From an uncultured delta proteobacterium (lineage in GTDB: Bacteria > Desulfobacterota > Desulfomonilia > UBA1062), in the NCBI GenBank assembly GCA_963785235.1, contig CAWAUM010000001.1, positions 512,001-576,000 on the forward strand: DNA of 64,000 nt. Direction: 5' to 3'. The translations under genes were made by a program, and so were the position numbers. Under the pieces are notes generated by a model. It searched no databases. It saw nothing but the letters and a program-made list of their open reading frames with translations, and was not told the DNA's origin. Below, one piece after another: positions 39,497 to 50,473 of this stretch (the first letter of the stretch is position 1; each line of letters opens with the position of its first letter).

Positions 39497-41393
39497 TTAA
39501 CCGCGAGTGCCTTTATAAAAGGACTGGATATACTCAAGGTATGCTTTTTCTTTCTGCAGCTTCTGCGCGTCTCTGCCTTCATAGAGGTGTATCAGTTTCA
39601 TGATTACTTTGATCTGCCCCGAATTGATCCGCAGGGATTTTTCATAAGCCAAGATGGCCTGATCGAACTTTCCCTGCTTGCTCAATGCCTCTCCCAAGAG
39701 TTCATATTTTCTGGCAGAGGCTAATGAATCATCGGGGATCTGTTCAAGGTATAAGTTACCATTGATATAATCGTTTCGCTGGTAATATTTCGCTGCCAAG
39801 GACAAGTTTGCATAGGCCGAATAGGGCCTTTTCATGGCGGAAGATTCTTTCCAGTATTTGATGGCTTCTCTCTTGAACCCTTTGGAGTCAAGGTTTATGG
39901 CGTGGGTATTGTAATGGGACGTCATGTCACCCGTCCCGGTTATGGGCAAAAATTCGATTACGGTCAATATGGCGAACACGATCAAATAGCGATATCCCTG
40001 TGCCATGGGAGTCTGATTTTTCAAGATTTTGAAAAACATGTCAAATCCCATGGCTGCATAGGGGATCAGGATGACAAGAAGGGGAGCCCGGATCCGCATG
40101 TTGGTGAAAAAGGCAATGAGTGTGAGGGCATAGATCAGGAAAACAATACTCAAGCCCAAGGTCTTCTCTGATTTTCGGATAGACAGGATCATCCAGGCCA
40201 TGCCGAGGGGAAAGATAAACCAGAAGGCGAAAAAGGGCAGGCGGAAGAAGGGGACGAATTGGCTTATAAAGCTGAGATCATAGTTGTCCTCTGCTTCAAA
40301 CTGGTTGAAGAAAACCAGGGTTTTCTGCCAAAGCTTCCAGGCCAGGGCACCGGGGTGATCCCAGGCGATTTGGATTACTTCCCTGGTCCAGAAAGATGAG
40401 GCCTCTTTGGTGGACAGTTTCTTTCCTGCCCTGCGGCTTGCCTCGATAATGAATTGAGTTGCCTGCTGTGCAGGAACGGATGTGGCAAAGGAGACCGGCC
40501 GGTAATAGGGGTAGGGATTTTCAAGGTTGTTCGCGAGATAGAGATTGAAACCCCCGGCCGGCGAGGCCCTGAATTCACCGGTTGCGTAATAGTTCCGAAT
40601 CAGAAAGGGGGCCAGGGACAGGAAGAGTCCTACCAGAAAAACAGTTACTGTCAGGGCCGCCCTTTGAAGGGAAAAGACCTTTTTATACATCATCCAGAGA
40701 AGCAAGATGGGAAAAACCGGCAGGAGGACGACACAGTTCTGGCGGACGTTAATCAATAATCCGGCGGTTATGCCCAGGAAAAGAATTTTTCCAGCATACC
40801 GCGCCCTTAGTATTTTTTCTTGCCTTTCTTCTTGATTCCCCAGTGCAACCGGCGGAGGTTCACTATCTTTCATGAGGGATATGAAAAGGTAAATCGTGGC
40901 GGAAAAGAGGAAAAGCCCCAGCGATTCCTTGAGAATAGTGATGCTGAAAAAAATAAAGGGCTTGTACAGGGCGGAAATCAGGCATGCGATAAGGCCGATG
41001 GTCCTGTTGGCAAGGTCCCTGCCGATAAAATAGATGAAAAGGCAGGTGAAGATCCCGAGACATGATATTCACCATGCGGACATAATCCGGATCAATGCCG
41101 AGCAACCGGTAAACCCCTGCCATGACATAGGCGGGCAGGGGGCTGAAATCATGTACCACAAAAGGTTTCCCATCCAGAATATGCTGTGCCCAGTTCTGGT
41201 ATACCCGCTCATCCCATATGAGAAAGTCGCCATACATGCTCTGCGAAAAGTTTGAGAAGGCAAGGATGCGAACCAGAAGCGCTCCAAGGAGAATGGCCGG
41301 CAGAAGAAAATGAACATTCCCATCCACAAAGGACAGAATAGGGGCTGCTGCCTGGTGCTTTACCGACACCTCCTTTTTCTTACTTTTCTTCAT
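39497..41393 (-). CDS. GT-C/PMT-like (GT39/GT83-type) membrane glycosyltransferase with C-terminal TPR (frameshifts near 41060 and ~40850)
   Basis: DE..Y motif after the first TM, PL..Y..A, P...RN, GG.N.Y..N, R.R.P, TPR-like tail; split over 40863-41393 and 39497-40873. Confidence 0.75.
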
Positions 41394-42141
41394 GAGAGGA
41401 CCATCTGTGGGGTTTTTTCATCCTGAGGGAGATAAGCACCTTGAAGGTGGCCATGACCTCTTGCAGGGAAAATTTCGTTGCCCCTGATGCACGGTTCTGA
41501 AATTGAATGGGCATCTCGGTGACGCGCCGGGACAGGCAAACCGTCTGGTAGAGGAGATCGATCTTGAAGGCAAAACGGTTAAGCTCCATCAGTTTGTCCA
41601 GCGCGATCTGATCGAGAATCCCTTTCACCCTGGTGAGGCGGAACCCCGTGGTCAGATCGTGGATGGTTCGTGTTTTAAGGAAGAACCGGGCCACCTTGTT
41701 TCCCAGGGAGCTGAAGAGTTTCCGGTGCCATGGCCATGTGGAAGGAACACCGCCCCCATCCGTGTAGCGTGACCCTATGACATAGTCAAAGCCGGCCTGG
41801 AACAGTCGGACCATTTCAGGGACATACATCGGATCATGCTGGAAATCAGCGTCCATTTCAATCACGGCATCTGCATGCAATTCCTTCATGGCATGGCTGA
41901 GCCCCCGGGCATAGGCCCATCCGAGGCCTTCTTTCTTCCCTGTCAGGAGGTGGAGATGGGGATAGATGATCATTTTATCTCTGACTATCTGCCCGGTCCC
42001 GTCGGGTGAAGAGTCGTCCACGATCAGGAGGTGCATATCCTCCTGCAAACCGGGGAATGTTGACTTCATGAGGGTCTCGATCATATCCGAGATACATGAG
42101 GCCTCGTTGTAAGTGGGCATGACAATGACGATTGTAGCCAT
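41380..42141 (-). CDS. Polyprenol monophosphomannose synthase-like GT2 glycosyltransferase
   Basis: MPTYNE, VDDSSPDGTG, GLG.AY..G, MDADFQHDP, VIGSRY..GG, D.T.GFR. Confidence 0.9.
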   Translation of the reverse strand: MATIVIVMPTYNEASCISDMIETLMKSTFPGLQEDMHLLIVDDSSPDGTGQIVRDKMIIYPHLHLLTGKKEGLGWAYARGLSHAMKELHADAVIEMDADFQHDPMYVPEMVRLFQAGFDYVIGSRYTDGGGVPSTWPWHRKLFSSLGNKVARFFLKTRTIHDLTTGFRLTRVKGILDQIALDKLMELNRFAFKIDLLYQTVCLSRRVTEMPIQFQNRASGATKFSLQEVMATFKVLISLRMKKPHRWSSHEEK

Positions 42142-42398
42142 TTAGGGAATCCTTATAGAGTGAGATAACAAGTATGTATAGACCACTCCAAACTCATAAA
42201 CTATTTCATACATCATGTTTATTCCTGAAATAATACAATAAAAGCGGCTCTTCATAATAGGGCATACTTTATTTATCATATGTGTGTCCGTTTCCCTATA
42301 ACCATTCCTGCTTTTGATGTGAGTGTTTGTATGATAAACAGATAATGAGCTGACAGGGTGCACGTGTACCCTGATGTCATGAGGTAAGAGGAGGGACT

Positions 42399-43958
42399 AT
42401 GTCCGACAAGCGCTATGTCATTGCCATTGATTCCGGCACCCAGAGCATCAGGGCCGTACTTTTTGATAAAGAGGGTAACGAGCTTGCCATCGAGCAGAGG
42501 GTATTTGATCCCTACTTCTCCCTGCAGCCGGGCTGGGCGGAGCAGAGTACGGACGATTACTGGGACAAGCTCTGCATTGTGACGAACGGCCTCATGGCCA
42601 AGATCACCATCGACAAGTCCCTCATCGCAGGCGTAGGGATCACCACCCAGCGCGGCACCGTCATTCCCATGGACAGCCAAGGAAATGCCCTGCGGCCGGC
42701 CATCATATGGCTCGACCAGAGGGCGGTAACCGATCCTCCTCCGCTCGGAATGATGGGCACCATGCTCTTCAGCGCCGCAGGGTTGAAGGGCGCCATTAAA
42801 TATGCCCAGAAGCATTCCATTTTCCTGTGGATCATGCGCAATGAACCTGAGCTTTATAAGAAGACCCATAAGTTCGTACAGGCCTCCGGCTTCTTTGTGC
42901 GCAAACTCACCGGGGAGTTCCACGATTCATCAGGCATGGTCACGGGCATCTGGCCCTTTGAGTATAATAAGCTCAGATGGCACTCCCTTGGCCTGGCCTA
43001 TACGCCGCTCGGTATAGAAAAGGGACACTGCGTGAAGCTTTTCAGGCCCGATGAAGTCCTTGGAAAAATTACCAAGAAGGCCTCGGAAGCCACGGGCATT
43101 CCCGAGGGTCTGCCCGTGGTGGTGGGCGCGGGAGACAAGCAGAGCGAACTCCTGGGTGCGGGCGCCATTGAGCCCACCATAGCAGAGATCAGCTTCGGCA
43201 CGGCCACTGCCATGCATGTGCTTACAAAAAAATACATCAACGACAAGGCAATGAGGTTCTTCACCTGGCCTGCTGCGATTCCGAACGCCTGGGATATCGA
43301 GATGTTCATCCATCGGGGATTCTGGATGGTGACCTGGTTCAAGCAGGAGTTCGGGGCCAGGGAGGCCTTGGAGGCCCAGAAAAGGGGCGTTGCGCCCGAG
43401 GTTATCTTCGACGAGGTCATCCGCACCATTCCGCCCGGCTCCATGGGCCTGGTCCTCCAGCCCTACTGGTCGCCCATGGTGTACAACAAGTTTGCCAAGG
43501 GCTCCATGATAGGCTTCGGCGCCGTACACACAAGGGCGCATATCTACCGGGCCATCCTCGAAGGGATCGGCTTTGAGCTCCGCAGGCTCTCAGAGGTCGT
43601 CCAGGCCAGGACCGGGGTGAAGTTCCGGGAGATCAGGGTAGGAGGAGGCGGCTCCAAGAGCGACACGGCCGTGCAGATCGCTGCCGACATGTTCGGCCTT
43701 CCGGTGAGCCGCATGGCCACCTCCGAGATATCGGCCCTTGGCGCTGCCATTGACACAGCCGTTGCCACGGGCATGCACACCAACTTTGAGGATGCCGTGA
43801 AGGCCATGGTGAGGAAGGGCAAAACCTTTGAACCCAATCCGGAAAGCCAGAAGATCTACAATGATCTTTATAACGACGTGTATAAAAAACTCTACACGGT
43901 CATGGAGCCCGTGAATATGAGGATCGCCCAGATAACCGGTTATCCGGCAGAGGACTAG
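42399..43958 (+). CDS. FGGY-family carbohydrate kinase
   Basis: AIDSGTQSIRA, PGWAEQ, TTQR, IIWLDQR, GAGDKQ, SFGT, RAILEG, GGGSKS, ALGAAI. Confidence 0.92.
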   Translation: MSDKRYVIAIDSGTQSIRAVLFDKEGNELAIEQRVFDPYFSLQPGWAEQSTDDYWDKLCIVTNGLMAKITIDKSLIAGVGITTQRGTVIPMDSQGNALRPAIIWLDQRAVTDPPPLGMMGTMLFSAAGLKGAIKYAQKHSIFLWIMRNEPELYKKTHKFVQASGFFVRKLTGEFHDSSGMVTGIWPFEYNKLRWHSLGLAYTPLGIEKGHCVKLFRPDEVLGKITKKASEATGIPEGLPVVVGAGDKQSELLGAGAIEPTIAEISFGTATAMHVLTKKYINDKAMRFFTWPAAIPNAWDIEMFIHRGFWMVTWFKQEFGAREALEAQKRGVAPEVIFDEVIRTIPPGSMGLVLQPYWSPMVYNKFAKGSMIGFGAVHTRAHIYRAILEGIGFELRRLSEVVQARTGVKFREIRVGGGGSKSDTAVQIAADMFGLPVSRMATSEISALGAAIDTAVATGMHTNFEDAVKAMVRKGKTFEPNPESQKIYNDLYNDVYKKLYTVMEPVNMRIAQITGYPAED

Positions 43959-44137
43959 TGATACACAGGTTCCCCTTCTTGAGTGAGGGTGTTGCATAAC
44001 GAATCTGTAGATTCATTTTGTTAGTGAATTTGAGTGGCTCTACGCCACAGCTGCCAGGGAGCGAAGAGAAGGCAAGGCGGAATGCCTAAGGACACGGATA
44101 AAGGGGCATTTTATGGTTGTTTTCAACCAAATGAACC

Positions 44138-44166
44138 TTGACATGAAAGGTGATTACTCTTATGTT
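44138..44166 (+). promoter_or_regulatory. sigma70-type promoter
   Basis: TTGACA-17 nt-TATGTT, upstream of strong RBS AGGAGG and ATG 44215. Confidence 0.65.
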
Positions 44167-44214
44167 CATACTATCAAAGTTTATGGTTTATATTAGGGAG
44201 AGGAGGAGTTATCT

Positions 44215-45212
44215 ATGAACAGGATCTTAACAGCAATTCTGCTGGTTTTATGCATGCTCTGTCTTACACCCGGCATATCAATGGCTGCCACTGGCGGGCC
44301 GGATGACATTCGGCTATCAGTTCATTGACAGCACTGAGGACGGTGGGCCTTCGTTTTACTGGGTAGACATCCATGCGACAGGTTCGAGTGCTGGTCTTCA
44401 TGGTCAGGATGATACATCATCCGGAGCACTCAGCAGCGATTTAAATTTCCCCTTTTATGGCAGCACATACTCCACTTTTTATGTGAATTCAAATGGGCTC
44501 ATCACATTCGGCAGTGGAATCAGTGACTTGGACTAACGTATGCCTCCCGAGCGAGCAGATTATCCCCCTTGCCATGATAGCCGCTTACTGGGATGATCTC
44601 GTAACCTACGCAGCAGGCAGCGATGTTTACTACCAATATTTTGACAGACAGCCCTCACCCCGATTTTTCAGGGCCATGCCTGGTGGTCATGTGGTATGGC
44701 GTCCAGCATTATTCAGGGGGCGGCCCTCAGTTCAGTATTGAAGCACTTCTCTTCGAGAACGGTAACATCCTGATGCAGTATGGACCGAACAACCCCGAGC
44801 AGGGTACCGGTTCCACGGTAGGCATCCAGAACGTGGATGGAACTGATTGGTCTTGCGTATTTCTGTGAGGGTGGAGGATATGGAGGAACTCCTGACTTTG
44901 AAGGGATGACTACGAAATCTAAGTCAGATGATACTGCTTTAGTTCCATTGAATGGAGGCCCAATACCCGACAACCTGGCCATACTTTTCGGCCCACCTGT
45001 AAATGTTGTAGACAGTGAACCGATTGAACAGGCTGAACCAGAGGATGTATATACAAAATATGGCAAGTACACCAAAAATCAGAAAGACAAGAAATTTCTC
45101 GAAAACTGTTTCATCACCACTGCGGCCGGAGAAGTGAGCGGGCTCTTCCCCATGCTCATGGCTTTAGCCTGTGCAGTGGCGAGGATTCCTCAGCAGGAAG
45201 AGGATAAGCTAG
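44215..45212 (+). CDS. Secreted protein with GGPD.FGY (nidogen-like) domain and C-terminal CFI-box sorting signal; about five frameshifts (errors or pseudogene)
   Basis: Signal peptide MNRILTAILL...; GGPD-FGYQFIDS, FPFYG..Y....V.SNG.I.F, IAAYWDDL, F...L..NG.I..QY, S.TVGIQN pieces in successive frames; ends CFITTAAG-TM-(GFLSRKRIS* after shift). Confidence 0.7.
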
Positions 45213-45245
45213 CAAGTATTCTTCAAGAATACCTTACAGAGTAAA

Positions 45246-45279
45246 GAAAGGGGCAGGCCGGTATGGCCTGCCCCCTTTT
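45246..45279. terminator. Bidirectional terminator between convergent genes
   Basis: GAAAGGGGCAGGCC-GGTAT-GGCCTGCCCCCTTTT. Confidence 0.75.
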
Positions 45280-45358
45280 CTGTATATGCCTCCGGAAAAG
45301 GTTTAAAAACCCAGGTGTGTTTCCAGGCAGGGTCTCGGGAACAGGATGAAACCCCCTT

Positions 45359-47382
45359 TTACCACTTTACCTGTACCGGGGTGGTCCTCATATCCAAGGT
45401 CTTGTCTCCAAGCTGGCCGGACGCATTGTATCCCCACGTCCACAAGCGTGCCGCCCGTCTTGATGGCGCCTGTGTGATAAAATCCGGTTGCCACCAAGGC
45501 CCAGGTGCTGCCGGATCCCACCTGAACAGGGGCTATCTTATCTGTCGTGGTCCCGTCTCCGAGCTGACCGTAATTGTTCCGCCCCCACGCCCAGAGGCTC
45601 CCATCGTTCTTGATGGCAAGGCTGTGTTTATTCGTTGCAGCAACCGCTGTGAAGGGATTGTCAAAATAGCCTATCCTTCCAGGGGTATTGCGATCATCGG
45701 TCGTCCCGTCACCAAGCTGGCCATAAGAATTATCTCCCCATGCCCAAAGAGTGCCGTTATTCCTGAGGGCAAGGGTATGGGCATATCCTGCTGCCATGGC
45801 GACCCAGTTGTTCTCAGAACCCATGGGTGCCGGGACATTGCTGGTAACAAAGGTTCCATCACCCAGCTGGCCATGATTATTGAGCCCCCAGGTCCATAGC
45901 GTGCTGTCTTTCTTGATGGCAACGCTGTGGCCATAGCCTGCGGCAATGAGAGACCAGTCGCTCGCAGCGCCGACCTTGACAGGGCTGTTCTTGTCTATAA
46001 ACGTCCCATCACCGAGCTGGCCGGATGTGTTGAGCCCCCATGCCCACAAGGTGTTGTCATCCTTGACTGCAAGGCTGTGGACGTAGCCGGCGGCAACCTT
46101 TTGCCAGGTGTTTTCCGTGCCCACCTGGACTGGGGTAGTCCTGTCGATATTCGTACCGTCACCCAGCTGTCCGGAGTTGTTCCTGCCCCAGGCCCAGAGT
46201 GTTCCATCGAGCTTGATGCCGAGGTTGTAATCAGCTCCGGCACACACTGAGGCCCAGCCGACTCCTGAGCCGATCTGCACGGGGAAGGATCTGTTGATAC
46301 GTGAACCGTTTCCCAATTGGCCATAAGTATTGTCACCCCAGGCCCAGAGCGTGTTGTCGGATTTAAGGCCCAATGTATGCCCGATGCCCGCAGAAACCTG
46401 GGTCCAATCCCCTTCGTTCGTAGAATAGACGTTCACGGTCCGCATGGCATAACTTACATGTCCACTCGCATCAAAAACCCTTAAGACCACATTATAGGTG
46501 CCGTGGGTAGTGAAGATTATACTGCCCGGGATTTTTTTCTTCTGATGAGGGTATATCTCCTGAGAAGTTCCATTTGTAGGTATAAGGCGCCTTGCCACCG
46601 GTGACAGAGCCCTGGAAATTAATCGATTCACCCTCTTGAATCGTGACATTTGTCGAGGGTGTAACAATAGCGGCGCTCAACGTGTACCCTATGGTGCTGA
46701 AGGTCCAGGTATAATCAGAAGGGAAGAGAGCATTGCCGATAACGTCCTTTATCCCGGTAGTGAGCGTGGCAGTGTACAGGGTGCTTTCCTGTAATCCGGA
46801 GATCGGGGTAAAGGTGGCCACTGGGTCTGAACAGGTTATCGTACCGGGTATTGCAGTACTTCCGATAGATATCTTGAAGGTGGAATCGGTGACTGTTGAA
46901 AAATCAACGCCTGTGGTGAAGATCACCTGGACAGAGGCATTGATGGGGACATTGGTTGCGCCGTATGCAGGAATGGTATATCGTAAGCCCGGTGGGGTGT
47001 CGGAAGCCTCCTCCTGGACCGTTACCACTACTGTTGCGCTGGCAGAGGCACCCGTGCTGTCCTTCACCGTGAGCTTTATTGTATAGTCGCCGGGTGTGTT
47101 AAATGTAACCTGACCAGGGTCCTCTACATACTTGTTGTCTGCACCGCCATCAAAATCCCACTCATAGGTATACGGGCTTACGCCCCCGGTTACCTCTTTC
47201 TCAAATTCTATTGACTGACCCTGCTCGATGGTCACATTCCAGGAAGGAGAGGTAATAATTACCAGGAGGGCTTCAGGGGCATGGTTATGAGAGCTGCCGT
47301 GGCTGCTGCATCCGGCTAAGGACATGGCAATACAGAAAATCACGAACGAGAACACGCGTATCATGAGCCGGCAGGTACCCAT
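45359..47382 (-). CDS. Surface lipoprotein: PKD + Ig-like (Big_5) + PKD + seven RCC1/BLIP-II repeats (frameshifts near 46535 and 45440)
   Basis: Lipobox LAGC; YEWDFDG/PG.Y...LTV.D PKD; P..GAT.VP.N Ig domain; seven LWAWG.N..GQLGDGT repeats ending TPVQVKW*. Confidence 0.82.
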
Positions 47383-47532
47383 GTGAAAACCCCCTCACCA
47401 TAATAATGATGGATGCTATCATAAAGGCTCTTTATCCTTGATGCAAAGGGTTTTAAGCATTTGTGCACGTGGGTTTCAGAATAGCATGGCACAACAGCAG
47501 GAGGGTTAGGGGATTTTATGTGATAAAAAAAG

Positions 47533-47568
47533 AAAAAGGGGGATGCCTTAAAAGGCATCCCCCTTTTT
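47533..47568 (-). terminator. Strong Rho-independent terminator
   Basis: AAAAAGGGGGATGCCTT/AAGGCATCCCCCTTTTT perfect inverted repeat with U-tract on the minus strand after the 47594 stop. Confidence 0.85.
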
Positions 47569-47593
47569 GTGGTATCTGGATCAAAGATAATAC

Positions 47594-49049
47594 TTATTCA
47601 CCGACCGTAAACTCCATTACGGCATGATCATCGCCACCAAAGATGAAGTAATCCTGGTAGGCTTCGCCAAAGGCGTGCAGGTAACCGGCGTCATCAATTT
47701 CACCAGGCATAATGAGGTCGCCAGGTGTACCGAGGCTCCACGGGACAAGGTTCGCATCTGTCAGGTGCGGGGTTCCAAATGCATGGAAGTCGACAGTGTA
47801 AATAGCTGGGGATTCATACGTAAAGGTTGCTGTAGAACCGTAACCTGCCATCGCAGCCCAGTCAGCGGCTGTTCCAAAGGTTGGGGTGATGATCATGATG
47901 CCTGCGCTGGTCATGGTGACCGTGTAGTCAGTGATGAGAGACGTGCCAACAGGATAGACTGTTTCAAGCGTTGCACCAACTCCGCCAGATGTCACGGTTA
48001 CGGCGCCTGTTACGGTGAGGTCTAGTGCATTGCCTTTAAGAGAACGGCTGGCCTGCATGCCCTCGGAGAAGGTGAAAACTAATCTGGTGATGCCATCCTG
48101 TGCGATGTCCGGGAACACATCGCCGGTGATGACATCTGTCTCACCGCCTGCTGCGACTGACACGATGTAGGGAACGGTCTTGTCCTTAGCCGGGTTTGCA
48201 ATCATGTTGACATTGACGCCGGCCTTTACCTGACCGCAGCCAATGGAGCATGCAACATCAACGATACCGCAGCTTGCCGGGACTGATACGGTATTTGTTG
48301 CCTGAAGCGCTGCATACTGGTAACCGGCCTTGGTGACCATGAGTTTATAGCTGCTATACGGCAGGATGTTTGCAAAGCTGTATGTGCCGTCTGTGGATGT
48401 AACTGATGAAAGGATACTTGCTCCCATAGTACAGGGAAACGGTAGCGCCTGATACTGCCCTGCCTGTGCTCACATCATAGATCGTGCCTGAGATGCCGGA
48501 GGTCAGAGGACCAGGTGTGAAATTAAGGTTAGCAGCAAGGTTGTTCACCGGGGTGCTGGCGCCGCTGCCGGCTTCGGCAACAGCATTCATATCATCTGCA
48601 CCATAGCCGTAATCATAATCATTACCACCATCGAGCAGATCATAATTGTAGCCGTCTTCCAGGTCTGAGTAGTAAACATAGACATCATTAACCATGGCAA
48701 AGCCATAACCTGTTACCTTGGTGAGGTCGCAAGATACTGTGTAACCACCATACCCATCATCACCAGACATGTAACTCCACCTCTGTGCAGGCACGTTGTT
48801 GAACGAATATGCGCCGTTTGACGAGGTTGTTACCTGGTGAACTCTCCCTGCGTATGCCACTGACACGACGGCGCCTTTGACAGGCACGCTTGTGCAGGCG
48901 TCATACACCACGCCTGAAATTGAGCCAACCGGAGAGAACTGATCGGGATTCGGGTTCACTGTCGATGCGCTCTTGTCACCATCCGCACAGCCAGCTACGA
49001 AGAACCCAAGCATAAGCAATGCGATTAACACTAGAAACCTCTTTGACAT
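47594..49049 (-). CDS. Large surface lipoprotein with carboxypeptidase-regulatory-like (transthyretin-fold) repeats (frameshift near 48430)
   Basis: GAGGAGG RBS, MSKRFLVLIALLMLGFFVAGC lipobox; two GSISG.VYD...PV.GA.V...TT...G.YSF.N repeats; Gly/Thr/Asp/Tyr rich. Confidence 0.8.
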
Positions 49050-49301
49050 ATCTTCCTCCTCTAAATTATTCTTTTTTTTATTCTTTGTTATCCTAAACAC
49101 CCAGCACTTACAACACATCGTAATATGACTGTTTCTATTATAGAGCGACACATCCTTTTGTCAACAGGGAAAACAAGGATTTTGTATGGTTTTTTGAAGA
49201 TGCAACGCTCGGTCTTGTCCGCACTGACAATTTTGTCCCCACAAACACCTGTGTATGATGTCCTCTCAAAACAACCCTATTCATAGAATGAGCGATGTAA
49301 G

Positions 49302-49317
49302 AGCAACATGTGTGCCA
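49302..49317 (-). promoter_or_regulatory. sigma54 (-24/-12) promoter
   Basis: Minus strand TGGCACACATGTTGCT, perfect consensus, AT-rich tract upstream; points at the 49049 lipoprotein. Confidence 0.8.
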
Positions 49318-49570
49318 ATAAAAAAACATATAAAAACAGCAATATAAAAAAATAGGATCCGTTCTTGTTGGATCTTAGCCACAATAATATGGAATTGTGC
49401 ACACACTTGAGACTATTGCATAAGTCCAAGATTGTCGCTCCTGCAAAATTAATTGTTTCATGCCTCGGGGCGAAAGACTTTGGTTGCGGTCTCTGGTCAT
49501 GTGTCGGCGCGGTTGAGGCCACCGGAGTGCTTGCAAAGATACAGGAGCTCTGATATTACACCTTCCACGT

Positions 49571-49658
49571 GCCGGAGTGGTGGAACTGGTAGACGCGTCG
49601 GACTCAAAATCCGAAGAGCCTTGCGCTTGTGGGGGTTCGAGTCCCCCCTCCGGCACCA
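49571..49658 (+). tRNA. tRNA-Leu (anticodon CAA)
   Basis: GCCGGAG/CTCCGGC acceptor, TGGTAGACGC D-arm, TCGGA-CTCAAAA-TCCGA anticodon arm, long variable arm, GGTTCGAGTCC, encoded CCA. Confidence 0.96.
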
Positions 49659-49762
49659 TGAAATCAAGAACTTGCGAATCTGCAGATGACGAGTGTTCCA
49701 TAGGATTTTTCTGATTGTGATAAATATGATAAACAGCTTCTTAATACCGTTTCATAGATTCT

Positions 49763-50473
49763 TTGCCAGGGGAGATGATGAAGCTGATGACTCACGTCAT
49801 TCCATATAGGATATATTCAGGATTCCGAATAGGGATTCTCTGTATCGTGGTGTCCCTCTTGCCGGCCAGGGTATTCTCATGGGAGCCAACCCCTTTTGAA
49901 ATTCAGGATACTGCGAAGCATGGCTTGCCCGGGTTTATCAGGTCCCTGCCTGAAGACCAAGTCAAATCATACGGATTTTCGACCAAGAGTGAAGCCGCAC
50001 GCACAACATTAAATGGAGGCATAAGGGTTTACACGATCAAACCCCATGTCCTGTTCAGTTATAAGAAGGGCATGGATGTCACCAGGATGATAACCCCGAC
50101 AAGCATGTGGATCTTCCCTGTTCTGGAAGGGGGAAGATCGAAGTCTTTGCTCACGGTTGATCGAATGCACGGAAAATGGGAGGCAGTTGCCTTTGGGGGT
50201 TCCGGGTTGGCAAGCCAACTGGAGGAAGTAGAGTTGAGATGGCCTTCTTCGAAGGGGTATGACCTTACCTTCGTGAGGGTTTTTCAGGCTAAATCCGACT
50301 TAGTATTCATCGCAAAAGGCAAAACAGTCATGATTGCACCCCTGGAATCGGCAGTCGTTGGTTTACAGTTGCACGCCAATGCAGGCCGTTATGGGGATAA
50401 GGTGTATGCTCCTTATGAAATATTGCCCAAGATGATACCTGTTGTCCGCCAGAACCTCCAGGCTCAAGAGTGA
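49763..50473 (+). CDS. Hypothetical exported protein upstream of the cysteine protease
   Basis: 236-aa ORF with hydrophobic signal-like segment; start uncertain (49775-49787 likely). Confidence 0.7.
   Translation: MPGEMMKLMTHVIPYRIYSGFRIGILCIVVSLLPARVFSWEPTPFEIQDTAKHGLPGFIRSLPEDQVKSYGFSTKSEAARTTLNGGIRVYTIKPHVLFSYKKGMDVTRMITPTSMWIFPVLEGGRSKSLLTVDRMHGKWEAVAFGGSGLASQLEEVELRWPSSKGYDLTFVRVFQAKSDLVFIAKGKTVMIAPLESAVVGLQLHANAGRYGDKVYAPYEILPKMIPVVRQNLQAQE

Noticed and set aside
43986-44000. GAGGGTGTTGCATAA, resembling an IS terminal inverted repeat
   Set aside because: No matching second end or transposase fragment found nearby
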